Shown here: in pieces, positions 9,581-19,377 of the stretch | How the letters are laid out: each line of letters begins with the position of its first letter | Numbering within the stretch: the stretch's first letter is position 1 | DNA from: an archaeon | GTDB taxonomy: Archaea; Asgardarchaeota; Thorarchaeia; Thorarchaeales; Thorarchaeaceae | Reading direction: 5' to 3' | Assembly (NCBI GenBank): GCA_024275415.1 | Contig: JAJRZD010000039.1 | Location: forward strand, 2,968 to 34,967 | Length of the DNA stretch: 32,000 nucleotides | Position numbers and translations under genes: made by a program | Notes under the pieces: generated by a model | Told to the model about the DNA's origin: nothing | Databases searched by the model: none | The model's input: the letters and a program-made list of their open reading frames with translations, nothing else

Positions 9581-11596
9581 ATGAAAAGGAGCCGATTCCA
9601 CGTAGGTCTGTCAGCAGTTTTCATCTTGGCAATCCTCTGTATCCCATCAGCGGATGTCGTAGGCTACAATGTTGCATCTAAGAACCTATCAGCAGAACCT
9701 GTGAAACAGATGGCTCCTAGTGCTACATTCTCACTGGAGAGTCTATGGGATGGTATCTATGCCAAGACCAGTGAAAGTAGCGCACAGGATCTTGTAAGGC
9801 TGCTCTCGACAAATTACGAGCATCGTGTGTGGTACCCCCTTGACAAGGATGGCTCATATCCGCTGAAAGGTGCCTGGGAATGGATGAATGATACCCTCAA
9901 AAGTGTCACAGGAAACGAGCTGGAGTTCCACTTTATGACCGAGTACCTCAATCTGGTTGCAATCAAAAAGGGAACTGAACCAAACCTTGACCCGATACTC
10001 ATAGTGGGAACCGCATCAAGTCATTATATCTCCGGACCTGCTGCCAATGCATTTGGTTCCACAGTTGCTGCAGTTATCGAATCAGCCCGGATTCTGAACC
10101 AATATAATCTCACGAATGACGTGTATTTCGTTCTCGTAAACACTATTTCTTACGGTTCCTTCACCTATGACTTGGGAAATCAGGGCTTGCACAACCTCAT
10201 CCTAGATCTTGAGGAAGAGGGAAAGACCCCTGCAGCCGTCTTCTGGTTCAATAGATTGTTATATTCAGACGCATCAGAAACATCAGGCGATGCCATAAGA
10301 ATTGATTGGGACTACCTCCAACCTGTCTACGATCAGGTAAGGTATCTTACTGATATTGCGCAGAAAGTTGCTGCGATGTCTGGAACGAAAGATGTCCTGA
10401 TTACAAACCGCTCTTCAAGTACGAGATTCTGGTATGCAACCGGAGGGTACGAGGGATGGCGTAATGACATTCCAAGCCTCACTATCGGACAGGCATATGA
10501 CGACTCTGTTTGGTACTCGGATGAAGATAGATGGAACTACTGGGCTTATGATTATGAAAAACTTGCGAATGCAATAGGACTCGTTTCGTCACTCGTAGCC
10601 ACGTTAGGGTCATTCGGATATGGAGATGCGCCAGAGATATCGCGTACTCTCTCAATCCCAGCAGGTTACAAACTGAACGATTCTATGTCACTGACAGGAG
10701 AGTCCTACCTCAATGTGAGTGTGACTTGGGACAAGAACATTTCCGTGAGTGCGGAGATATTTGACCCTGCGATGGACTCTGTCTATTTCAGGAATGAGAG
10801 CGATAGAACAATAAACATGAGCTATCTTGTCACGACAAAGGGACGCCATTACCTTCGGTTGACAAACTATGGCAATGAGTCCATCACCATCACATACACA
10901 TACTCACAGTTCCAAGACTTCGACTGGGATCTGCTTGATGACCATACTGAATTTCTCTTCGGAACCGATAGCCTATCAAAAGATACGGATGTAGATTTGC
11001 TTGGAGACTATGACGAGTATATCATAGGAACAGACCCACGGGTTCAAGATACAGATCTCGATGGTGCAATGGATGGTGTCGAGATAATCTACGGAAGCAA
11101 TCCTCTAGTGTCCGATTCTGATGGTGATACGCTTCTCGATGGGTTTGAGATTGATAATGGCTACAGTCCTATCTCCAACGACACTGACAGCGATACACTG
11201 AATGATGCATACGAACTCTCGATAGGGACAGACCCTGCGTCGAATGATACAGACCGTGACGGGCTCGACGACGCCTACGAGATAACTATAGGAACCAACC
11301 CACTTTCACCGGATTCTGACCAGGATGGGCTGAGTGACCTTTTCGAGGTACTCAATGCCCTCAATCCAAACTCGGTCGATTCAGATAATGACGGCCTGAC
11401 CGATGCATATGAGATTGAGCAATGCCTCATGCCTTTCGATCCTGACACGGACAGGGACGGCATCATCGACGGACTGGACTGGGCCCCGCGTGACCACTGG
11501 ATAACTATCATTCCACCCATCGCGGTAGGAGTGTTCTTTCTGGGACTCATCGGGGTAATGATTTCCAAGCGGAGAGAGTACATGAGAGGTGCATAG
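9581..11596 (+). CDS. Membrane-anchored M28-peptidase-fold protein, metal ligands lost, with beta-sandwich and acidic 22-aa repeats
   Basis: Signal-like N-terminus, M28-like segment ILIVGTASS...[19 protein letters not shown], DxDxDG repeats, C-terminal TM plus basic tail, many N-x-S/T sequons. ATG 9581 chosen (track uses GTG 9572). Confidence 0.8.
   Translation: MKRSRFHVGLSAVFILAILCIPSADVVGYNVASKNLSAEPVKQMAPSATFSLESLWDGIYAKTSESSAQDLVRLLSTNYEHRVWYPLDKDGSYPLKGAWEWMNDTLKSVTGNELEFHFMTEYLNLVAIKKGTEPNLDPILIVGTASSHYISGPAANAFGSTVAAVIESARILNQYNLTNDVYFVLVNTISYGSFTYDLGNQGLHNLILDLEEEGKTPAAVFWFNRLLYSDASETSGDAIRIDWDYLQPVYDQVRYLTDIAQKVAAMSGTKDVLITNRSSSTRFWYATGGYEGWRNDIPSLTIGQAYDDSVWYSDEDRWNYWAYDYEKLANAIGLVSSLVATLGSFGYGDAPEISRTLSIPAGYKLNDSMSLTGESYLNVSVTWDKNISVSAEIFDPAMDSVYFRNESDRTINMSYLVTTKGRHYLRLTNYGNESITITYTYSQFQDFDWDLLDDHTEFLFGTDSLSKDTDVDLLGDYDEYIIGTDPRVQDTDLDGAMDGVEIIYGSNPLVSDSDGDTLLDGFEIDNGYSPISNDTDSDTLNDAYELSIGTDPASNDTDRDGLDDAYEITIGTNPLSPDSDQDGLSDLFEVLNALNPNSVDSDNDGLTDAYEIEQCLMPFDPDTDRDGIIDGLDWAPRDHWITIIPPIAVGVFFLGLIGVMISKRREYMRGA
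10916..11494 (+). repeat. 8 full plus 1 partial 22-aa (66-nt) thrombospondin type-3-like Ca-binding repeats (coding)
   Basis: Consensus D[TS]DxDGLxDxxExxxGTxPxxx, e.g. [22 protein letters not shown]. Confidence 0.9.
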
Positions 11597-11597
11597 A

Positions 11598-13652
11598 ATG
11601 TCAAGAAACGGTTATCGCGGAAAGGGATGGATACACAAACATGGTGTGTCATGGCATCGGCATGCAATGTCCAACAAGATACGTCCAGTGTTTGTCGGAC
11701 TGATGCTAACTATTATTGGAATGTCTGTCATCGTCCCAAGTGGCGGGTATGCATTAGATGTGAAAGAACCAGTTCGGATTGCATCCATATCAGACCTTAC
11801 CTATTTCAATGCCACAGACCTCTTCACAAGTATACGGGCAGATACATCCATCAACAACATCGGGAATTACACGAAAGACCTCTCGGAGCAGTTCCCGAAC
11901 AGGACATATGACGAAGAACAAGGCCCTTCTGAGAACCTTGTTGGTGCATGGCAATGGGCGAATGCCACCCTAAAATCAATCACTGGAGGGAATATGGCAT
12001 TCTCACAGGTGACAGACTATCAGCACCTTATTTCCATCAAGAAGGGCACAGCCCCCGCACCAAGACCAGTACTCGTGCTTACAGGGACAATCGACTCGGA
12101 ACTCACGCCAGGGGCCAATGACGCAGCAGTCACTGTGGCGGTAATCCTAGAGATTGCACGGTTGTTGAGTTCGTACGAGTTAGCCTATGATGTGTACTTT
12201 GTCCTCACGAATGGAGGACACCTTGACAAGGACATAGACTACGGAGGGAGGGCATTCGTCCAGTGGGTGCTTGACAATGGGATACAATCGTTCACAACCA
12301 TCTCATTTGACAGGCTTTTGTTCGAGCGCTCAGGATACCTTTACGCATACAAAATCAACATCCGCTCCTTCTCATCTACAGATAACTATCATGACGCACA
12401 GTGGATTCCTGACTTAATGGTTCAGGTGTCATCGATATACGGCAATGGCTACTTTCAGTGGGTTCCTGATTACGATGTAGCAGAGCGATCCAGTGCATAC
12501 GAGATGTGGTTAGTGGGCCGCCCAGGGTTGTATGTCACGCAGGGCTATTGGAAGGACCCACACTCCAACTCAGAGGATGATGTCTGGGACAACCCCGACT
12601 TCTCACTTGAGAAGGCAAAAGAGGCTGCATCGGTCACAGCATCTGTGGTCGCATACATGGGACTTCTCGGACAGGGCGCAGCACCACAGCGATATCTCGG
12701 GGGTCGGCTCAATTCCACAGAGTATGACCTGATGGGAGTCACTGCTTCGTTGACGGGATACCTCAACGGCACGTTGACATGGGATAGTGGGAACATGATG
12801 CAGGTCAGCATCATGGACGCCGAAACCAGAGAGGTCGTGTACCAAAGGACAGAAGATGATGGTATGATGGTTCTGAAGTATCTCGTCCTTGACTTGGGAG
12901 GGTACATCTTTAATGTGACTAACATCGGCTCGTCATCTACCAATTTCACACTGACCGTTACCACTCACGAAGACATGGATGGCGATGGCATCAAGGATTT
13001 CGAAGAGATCGAGATTGGAACCTCGCCATACATGCGAGACTCAGACCTGGACATGCTGTCGGATGACTTTGAGCTCTCGATAGGCTCAGACCCCACCAGT
13101 CAAGACTCCGATGGGGACGGTGCATCTGACTATGACGAGTACTTGTGGGGTTCAAGCCCTCTTTCCAATGACACTGATGCAGATCTCATCAGCGATGCGG
13201 TAGAAGCAGAACTCGGCACCAACCCGACCTCGCCTGATTCTGATCAAGATGGTCTCGATGACTACCTAGAGGTCTATGTGCTCCACAGCAACCCGTTGAG
13301 TTCAGACACTGACCTTGACGGTCTCGAAGACGGATTCGAGTATGAAGTAGGTCTCAATCTGCTCTCTCCGGACACTGATGGCGATTCACTAAGTGATCTT
13401 TTCGAGATCCTGAACAACATCTCTCCGTTCACTGCGGATACAGACGGCGATGGCTGGAGCGATGCATATGAGATAGAAAACTGTATGCTCCCAAACTCGA
13501 TTGACACGGACGGCGATGGGATTTCGGATACATACGACTGGGATCCGCAGGAACACTGGATAACAGTGGTATCACCAGTCGTTTTAGTGTCAGTGATAAT
13601 GCTACTCATCAGCTATTCGTTCCTCAAGATGCGTGTCTACAAAAGAATGTAG
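11598..13652 (+). CDS. Second membrane-anchored M28-peptidase-fold protein with acidic 22-aa repeats (tandem paralog)
   Basis: VLTGTIDS...GANDAAVTVAVILEIARLL, ISFDR, DPHS. Same domain order as the upstream gene. GAGGTG SD before ATG 11598 (track start 11589; ATG 11667 also possible). Confidence 0.82.
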   Translation: MSRNGYRGKGWIHKHGVSWHRHAMSNKIRPVFVGLMLTIIGMSVIVPSGGYALDVKEPVRIASISDLTYFNATDLFTSIRADTSINNIGNYTKDLSEQFPNRTYDEEQGPSENLVGAWQWANATLKSITGGNMAFSQVTDYQHLISIKKGTAPAPRPVLVLTGTIDSELTPGANDAAVTVAVILEIARLLSSYELAYDVYFVLTNGGHLDKDIDYGGRAFVQWVLDNGIQSFTTISFDRLLFERSGYLYAYKINIRSFSSTDNYHDAQWIPDLMVQVSSIYGNGYFQWVPDYDVAERSSAYEMWLVGRPGLYVTQGYWKDPHSNSEDDVWDNPDFSLEKAKEAASVTASVVAYMGLLGQGAAPQRYLGGRLNSTEYDLMGVTASLTGYLNGTLTWDSGNMMQVSIMDAETREVVYQRTEDDGMMVLKYLVLDLGGYIFNVTNIGSSSTNFTLTVTTHEDMDGDGIKDFEEIEIGTSPYMRDSDLDMLSDDFELSIGSDPTSQDSDGDGASDYDEYLWGSSPLSNDTDADLISDAVEAELGTNPTSPDSDQDGLDDYLEVYVLHSNPLSSDTDLDGLEDGFEYEVGLNLLSPDTDGDSLSDLFEILNNISPFTADTDGDGWSDAYEIENCMLPNSIDTDGDGISDTYDWDPQEHWITVVSPVVLVSVIMLLISYSFLKMRVYKRM
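12972..13553 (+). repeat. 8 full plus 1 partial 22-aa thrombospondin type-3-like repeats (coding)
   Basis: DMDGDGIKDFEEIEIGTSPYMR through DTDGDGISDTYDWDPQE; one unit is 23 aa. Confidence 0.9.
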
Positions 13653-13961
13653 TAGTATCGGACATGGCGGTTAGTATGAAAATTCGTACCAGTTTCATAC
13701 TCGGAACCATCGGGAATAGGTTATATTGTGAGCATTCAGGCAAGACCGTGCCAGACGAATCGAATAATTCCACAAATGACCAAGCAGGGGAGCTGTTCTG
13801 CCGAAAGACAGGACGGATAGCATAACGCCAGGTAATACTAACCTAGCGTAGCCTAGGAATGAGGTTCGGCTATGCACCAGTGGAGTGCGGTTTCGATTCC
13901 AATGGCATCTCCTTCTTGCTGTCATCATGGGATAGAACGATTTGTTTGAGGAGGTTGATAA

Positions 13962-14201
13962 ATGACAGTAGATGCAGAGGCAATAAGAGGGGTGAATGAA
14001 CAGACATGGGACGATGGTGTAGTAGGCATTATTCCAGCAGAGATGAAATGCATAATATCTGAAAAGGATGTAGAGAGAGCCTTACATGGAATGGGCGTTT
14101 TCAGCGCTGCGACTTTTGGACTAGTGTACTTGGTGAAAAAGTGGACATATGCCAAGGATTGCATGGATGGATGCCCGGTTCTGAAAATGTGGGAGGTGTG
14201 A
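13962..14201 (+). CDS. Small hypothetical protein upstream of asd
   Basis: 79 aa, strong SD GAGGAGGT upstream, stop overlaps the asd start (TGATG). Confidence 0.45.
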   Translation: MTVDAEAIRGVNEQTWDDGVVGIIPAEMKCIISEKDVERALHGMGVFSAATFGLVYLVKKWTYAKDCMDGCPVLKMWEV

Positions 14202-15268
14202 TGCTAGTGACGAAGTTTCGTATTGGGATTCTCGGAGCGACAGGCATGGTAGGACAGCAGTTCATCAGGTTACTTGATGGTCATCCGTACTTCGAGGTCG
14301 GTCACCTGTTCGCCTCGGATCATTCTGCGGGACGTCGATATGGGGATGTTACTCGGTGGTCGGTGAGTGCATCCATACCCGAATCTATAGGGGAACTCAC
14401 CATTGAGAGTATATCTGAAATCCCCACTGATGACATCGACATCCTGTTCAGCGCCCTCCCTTCAGACATCGCGGAATCAGTGGAAGAAGATGCGGCTAGA
14501 GCAGGCATCCTAGTATTTTCTAATGCTAACTCGCACAGAATGAAAGATAACGTTCCTATCCTTGTTCCGGAGATCAACTCAGATCATATCCGTCTAGTAG
14601 CACAACAGCCCTACGGCAGGGGCTTCATCGTAACCAACTCGAATTGCTCGACAGCAGGGCTCGTCTTTGGGCTGTACCCGCTGATACCATTCGGAATCGA
14701 ACAGGTTGTAGTCACGACTCTGCAAGCAGTGTCAGGAGGAGGTCTCAAGGGGGTTCCTGCCTTTGATATTCTTGGGAATGTTATCCCCCATATCAAGAAT
14801 GAAGAAGCGAAAATGGAAACGGAAACAAAGAAGATACTGGGGCAATTTACCAAGAACAGAATCGAGCCTTTGAAAACAGACATCAATGCAACATGTACAA
14901 GGGTTCCTGTCCTGAATGGGCATCTGGAGAGCGTTTCCGTAACACTGAAAGAGGAGATTTCTATTGAGGAGGCGGTTCAGCAATTCACCCAGTTCGAGAG
15001 CGGTATCATGGATCTGTCCCTTCCCACAGCTCCAAGGACACCCATCGTTCTCGTGGATGATGAAGACGGCCCACAGCCAAACAAGCATCTCCTCTTACCA
15101 GAGGACCCCCTAGGGATGGCTATCAAAATTGGAAGGATCAGAAGAAAGAGCAAGTCCCTGAGATTCTTGTTACTAGTGCACAATACGATTCGGGGGGCCG
15201 CTGGAGCATCAATCCTGAACGCAGAATATGCGTATGCCGCGGGATACCTTGAGGGGGTGTCTGCTTGA
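14201..15268 (+). CDS. asd: Aspartate-semialdehyde dehydrogenase (archaeal/eukaryal type)
   Basis: GILGATGMVG Rossmann motif, catalytic NSNCST, QAVSGGG, CTRVPVLNGH, HNTIRGAAG. GGAGGTG SD before ATG 14201. Confidence 0.96.
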   Translation: MLVTKFRIGILGATGMVGQQFIRLLDGHPYFEVGHLFASDHSAGRRYGDVTRWSVSASIPESIGELTIESISEIPTDDIDILFSALPSDIAESVEEDAARAGILVFSNANSHRMKDNVPILVPEINSDHIRLVAQQPYGRGFIVTNSNCSTAGLVFGLYPLIPFGIEQVVVTTLQAVSGGGLKGVPAFDILGNVIPHIKNEEAKMETETKKILGQFTKNRIEPLKTDINATCTRVPVLNGHLESVSVTLKEEISIEEAVQQFTQFESGIMDLSLPTAPRTPIVLVDDEDGPQPNKHLLLPEDPLGMAIKIGRIRRKSKSLRFLLLVHNTIRGAAGASILNAEYAYAAGYLEGVSA

Positions 15269-16650
15269 AGGTAGTGAAGTTGGGAGGAGGTTGCCTTCGC
15301 GACGGGAGAAGCTTTCTGAGAGCTGCAAACCTTCTGAAGTACGAGCGGTTCGGTCAGACAGTGGTCGTTGTTTCAGCAGTGAGCGGGGTCACAGATCTGC
15401 TGGAATCTGCAATCCAGAGTGCCCTTGCCACGGAGAATGGAATATCTGACATTATCAAAAGATTGAACGACCTGCATACAGGCATTGTCAGAGATGCCAT
15501 CATAGATCAGAGCAAATGTGACCATCTTCAGAAACTCCTTCAGCCAAAATTCCAAGCTGTCGAAAGGATGCTCTATGGAATCTCATACACAGGGGAAGTA
15601 ACGGAGTCAGTCCGTGTCACCATATTGAGCCAAGGAGAAAGGCTGGCGGCAATCATCTTCGCGGCGGTTCTAGCAGAGATTGGCAAGAATGCTAGTGCAT
15701 TCGAGGCTGACAGAATTGGCATCGTGACCGATTCAGCGTATGACAATGCCACTGCGATACTCCCAGAGGTCAGAAAGAATATCAAAGAAAAGATTGTCCC
15801 GTTGATGCGCAAGGGGATTATCCCCGTTATTACAGGGTTCTTTGGTCAGACACGAGAAGGGAAGACCTCATCCTTTGGACGCAACGGCTCTGATTACAGT
15901 GCTGCTGTCATCGCTCACGCGCTGGAAGCAAGTGAGATTCACATCTGGAAAGATGTAGATGGTTTCATGACAGCGGATCCAAAACTGGTGCCTACCTCTC
16001 GCTCTATCAAGACCCTTTCTTACTTCGAGGCAGCCGAACTCTCGTACTTTGGAGCAAGAATCCTCCATCCCCGCACGGTAGAGCCACTTGTAGGAACCAA
16101 TACCCGAATCCATATCCGCAACATCAATTCCCCAGAAAACACGGCTACAATCATCGTCGAGTCCGGTAAAGAGGAAGAGGATGTCATCAAGAGTGTGACT
16201 TTCAACGGCGATATTTCGGTATTGAGAGTAAGAGGGGCAGGAGTAGGACACAAACCAGGTATCATTGGTACGATTGGAAGGGCTCTGGCTGACGCTAACA
16301 TCAACATCTTCTCAGTCCTCACTGCACAGACATGCATCAATCTGCTCCTTGACAATAAGGATGCAGTCAAGGGTATCGATGCGCTGAGACCGCATATCGG
16401 TGGCGTAATAGACAGCATTGAGCTGCGGACGAATGTCGCTCTTATCGCTGTCGTAGGAGAAGGACTGTTGATAAGAGAAGGGTTGGCCGCCCGTGTCTTC
16501 TCTGCTGTGGCAAAGAAAAGCATCAATGTGGAGATGTTTGCTGCGGGTGCTTCGGATGTGGCATATTATTTCATTGTGGCCCGCGATGACATGGAGAAGG
16601 CCGTAACTGCTGTGCATGACTGTTTCTTTGGCGAAAGGGAATGCAGCTAG
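15265..16650 (+). CDS. lysC: Aspartate kinase with two ACT domains
   Basis: VVKLGG, VVSAVSG, GRNGSDYSA, WKDVDG, C-terminal ACT repeats. TTG start overlaps the asd stop (TTGA). Confidence 0.95.
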   Translation: MKVVKLGGGCLRDGRSFLRAANLLKYERFGQTVVVVSAVSGVTDLLESAIQSALATENGISDIIKRLNDLHTGIVRDAIIDQSKCDHLQKLLQPKFQAVERMLYGISYTGEVTESVRVTILSQGERLAAIIFAAVLAEIGKNASAFEADRIGIVTDSAYDNATAILPEVRKNIKEKIVPLMRKGIIPVITGFFGQTREGKTSSFGRNGSDYSAAVIAHALEASEIHIWKDVDGFMTADPKLVPTSRSIKTLSYFEAAELSYFGARILHPRTVEPLVGTNTRIHIRNINSPENTATIIVESGKEEEDVIKSVTFNGDISVLRVRGAGVGHKPGIIGTIGRALADANINIFSVLTAQTCINLLLDNKDAVKGIDALRPHIGGVIDSIELRTNVALIAVVGEGLLIREGLAARVFSAVAKKSINVEMFAAGASDVAYYFIVARDDMEKAVTAVHDCFFGERECS

Positions 16651-16673
16651 TACGTCCCCTCCCTCTTTTTTTT
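16651..16673 (+). terminator. Pyrimidine-rich/oligo-T archaeal terminator candidate
   Basis: CCCCTCCCTC followed by T8 (16666-16673) right after the lysC stop, in a convergent gap. Confidence 0.6.
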
Positions 16674-16707
16674 GAGAAACTACGAGTCCGGAAGAGACAG
16701 GCAATAC

Positions 16708-18666
16708 CTATTCGCCGAGTTCACGCAGCAGCGCCTTGTAGTGCTCTAGGACATGAGGGTTGCTGATAGCATCCTTGTTGGAGATGGGTCTGTGATTTGC
16801 AAGATTCCATATCGCGCTCTCCACCTTCTTCATGCTGAAGGTATAGGGTATCTCAGGAACCTCCAAGATATATGCCGGAACGTGTCTTGGACCTGCTTTG
16901 ATACGAAGTTCGGACTTGATACGTCCTTTCAGGTCAGCAGTCAGCTGGACTCCCTCTGCCAGTTTCACAAAGAGGATAATCCGTTGATCGTCCTTCCAGT
17001 TCTGCCCTACAACGATGCTATCAGAAACCTCGTCGAGTTCTTCAACGATGTTGTAGATCTCGGATGGCCCAATCCGCACTCCAGAGGGTTTGAGTGTGAA
17101 ATCAGAACGCCCAAGGAAGGTCAGACCACCTGTATCGTTATGGATGATGACCCAGTCCCCATGATGCCAGACACCAGGATAGACGTTGAAATAAGCATTC
17201 TTGTACCGTGTCCCGTCAGGGTCGTTCCAAAAGTACAGGGGCATCGACGGTGCAGGAGCCTCGCAGACCAGCTCACCCTCACGGTCAACGATGCTCTCGC
17301 CATTCTCGTCATATGCATGAATCTTCATTGCCAGACATGGGCCTTGGAGTTCGCCTGCATACACAGGTTGAATTGGAGTTCCTGCTGCAAAGCATCCGTT
17401 GATGTCTGTACCTCCGCTGATAGAGTTGAAATGGAGATTGTCCCTGATTGCTGTGTAGATATATTGAAATCCTTCAGCAGAAAGTGCAGACCCAGTCTGA
17501 GAAATCTCCCTTAGGGAGCTGAGGTCAAACTCATTCTTCGGTATCGCGCCAACACTCTTGAGGTAGTTGATATAGGTCGCGCTGCAACCGAAGACAGTGA
17601 CTTCCTCTTCTTGGATAATATTCCACATAGTACGCCAGTCAGGATGGTTAGGATTGCCATCATAAAGAACGATAGTCGCTCCCACGGCTAATGAACTCAA
17701 CATCCAGTTCCACATCATCCACGATGGCGATGTAGTGTACAGCATCCTATCTGAGCGCTTCAGGTCAGTGTGAAGCAACAGCTCACACAGATGCTTGAGG
17801 AGGACACCGCCTGCACTCTGAACCATGCATTTGGGCTTGCCAGTTGTGCCGGACGAGAACATGATGTACAGTGGATGGTCGAATGGCAGTTGTTCAAAGT
17901 CAATTTCAGTGTGCCCCTTGAGGGAAACGAAGTCAGGATAAGAAACCGCATGGGGAAGAGAACCCATGTCGAACTCGTCACGAGTGTAGGGTACTATCAC
18001 GGTGTGTTCCAATGAAGGGATGCCTTTTGCTACCACCTCTGCTTTTGAAATCACATCAAAGTCCTTGCCCTTGTAGGAGTACCCATCAACCGTGAAAAGG
18101 ATGCGAGGTTCTACCTGTTCGAGCCTATCAAGGACTGCCTTCGGGCCAAGTCCCGTGCCACATGAGGACCAGACCCCGCCGACGCTTGTGGTCGCCAGCA
18201 TCGCAATTGCTGTTTCTGGAATGTTTGGCATATAGGCGACAACACGGTCGCCGGGCTTGATACCGGATTCGCGCAGCGAACGAGCGACACGGACGACTGC
18301 TTCGTAGAGTCCGGCATAAGTTATCCTAGTCACCTTTAGCGACTCGTTCCTGAAAATGATTGCATCTTGTGAATCTCGATATCTCAGAAGGTTCTCCGCA
18401 AAGTTCAATTTTGCACCGGAGAACCACCTCGCTCCGGGAAGCTTTGTGAGGTCATCGATCACTTCTGTGAAGGGTGTGGACGACCTGATGTCTGCGAAGT
18501 CCCAGAGTGAAGCCCAGAAGTCAGCAATGTTCTCCACAGACCAAGCGTACAGCTCCGAGTAGTTAGTGATGCCCAGCCCATATCTCCGATTCACGCTCTT
18601 GATGAATTGTGTGATGTTGGCGTGTTCAATGGTTGTGTTGGATGGGATCCATAATGGCGTCTTCAT
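16708..18666 (-). CDS. Acetoacetate-CoA ligase (acetoacetyl-CoA synthetase)
   Basis: AMP-binding motif MFSSGTTGKPKC, N-terminal LWIPS...ELYAWSV...FW, SPSWMMWNW, SGGTDI, GRSD, KKVE. Confidence 0.9.
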   Translation of the reverse strand: MKTPLWIPSNTTIEHANITQFIKSVNRRYGLGITNYSELYAWSVENIADFWASLWDFADIRSSTPFTEVIDDLTKLPGARWFSGAKLNFAENLLRYRDSQDAIIFRNESLKVTRITYAGLYEAVVRVARSLRESGIKPGDRVVAYMPNIPETAIAMLATTSVGGVWSSCGTGLGPKAVLDRLEQVEPRILFTVDGYSYKGKDFDVISKAEVVAKGIPSLEHTVIVPYTRDEFDMGSLPHAVSYPDFVSLKGHTEIDFEQLPFDHPLYIMFSSGTTGKPKCMVQSAGGVLLKHLCELLLHTDLKRSDRMLYTTSPSWMMWNWMLSSLAVGATIVLYDGNPNHPDWRTMWNIIQEEEVTVFGCSATYINYLKSVGAIPKNEFDLSSLREISQTGSALSAEGFQYIYTAIRDNLHFNSISGGTDINGCFAAGTPIQPVYAGELQGPCLAMKIHAYDENGESIVDREGELVCEAPAPSMPLYFWNDPDGTRYKNAYFNVYPGVWHHGDWVIIHNDTGGLTFLGRSDFTLKPSGVRIGPSEIYNIVEELDEVSDSIVVGQNWKDDQRIILFVKLAEGVQLTADLKGRIKSELRIKAGPRHVPAYILEVPEIPYTFSMKKVESAIWNLANHRPISNKDAISNPHVLEHYKALLRELGE

Positions 18667-18744
18667 TATAACGAATCATCCTGAACGGTTACAGAATGCA
18701 CCTTGAGAATTCTGCTATTTGACCTTTGGGAATTTCCAGCAACC

Positions 18745-19281
18745 TCACGTATGATGCTTCAGTCCGCGAATCGCAACGACGAGTCTGGTCGCACTTGTCG
18801 TTGGAATGTACCACGACTTCAGCCAGCCGTTACGTTTCTCAACGCGGATCCATTGGGCGTAAGGAAAGAAGTATTGGAAATTCACCCACCAAGGCGGATA
18901 ATCAAGAATATGGAAGTCAACGACATCGTCCAATGCATGACTTGTTGTCCATACCATTCCATGCTTTATCCGCAGTGTGGTTGAGGTCAACTCGATTCTT
19001 GTGGGAATTATCAATAGATAGGGGATTGCGAATGCAAGTGCAGGCACGAGAAACCAAAGAAGGAGGGCCCATATCCCCCAAGTTGGTTCAGATAGGACTA
19101 TCAACAGATAGATTGGAGATTGTACAAAGAAACATGCAAAAGCGATTGCTCTGATGAGCGTTCGGTCATAGGGAGGATTGTCACACAGAAGAACGGAGTT
19201 GTCATGCATTTTGTACATGTTAGAGTCTGTCCTTTTTTTTCTTTTATGGTAGCGCCCTCTTGAGGGTCGAGTGTCGTTCAT
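18745..19281 (-). CDS. Hypothetical two-TM membrane protein with PH-like C-terminal region
   Basis: Two hydrophobic helices followed by RIELTSTTLRIKHG. Start uncertain (ATG 19218 also possible). Confidence 0.65.
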   Translation of the reverse strand: MNDTRPSRGRYHKRKKRTDSNMYKMHDNSVLLCDNPPYDRTLIRAIAFACFFVQSPIYLLIVLSEPTWGIWALLLWFLVPALAFAIPYLLIIPTRIELTSTTLRIKHGMVWTTSHALDDVVDFHILDYPPWWVNFQYFFPYAQWIRVEKRNGWLKSWYIPTTSATRLVVAIRGLKHHT

Positions 19282-19377
19282 TGTAATTGGGAACTTGTCA
19301 TAAAGGAAACGCTCCGGATGATGTAATGTGAGAAGTGACGGAAGATATATCGTACCGAATCAGATTGTCACAATAGG

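Noticed and set aside
10916-13553. 66-nt periodicity as a CRISPR array or DGR template/variable repeats
   Set aside because: The repeats are conserved at protein level within long ORFs, with no identical DNA repeats or spacers, no adenine-specific variation and no RT or cas genes.
13889-13900. tRNA T-loop-like GGTTTCGATTCC
   Set aside because: There is no pairing T-stem, acceptor stem or anticodon arm, so no cloverleaf.
14020-14075. SAM-I/lysine riboswitch-like words (ATTCCAGCAG...CTGAAAAGGATG) upstream of asd
   Set aside because: The core SAM-I (AUCxAGAG, GGCAAC, kink-turn P2) and lysine (AGAGGxGC) elements are absent, and the segment lies within an ORF with a good SD.
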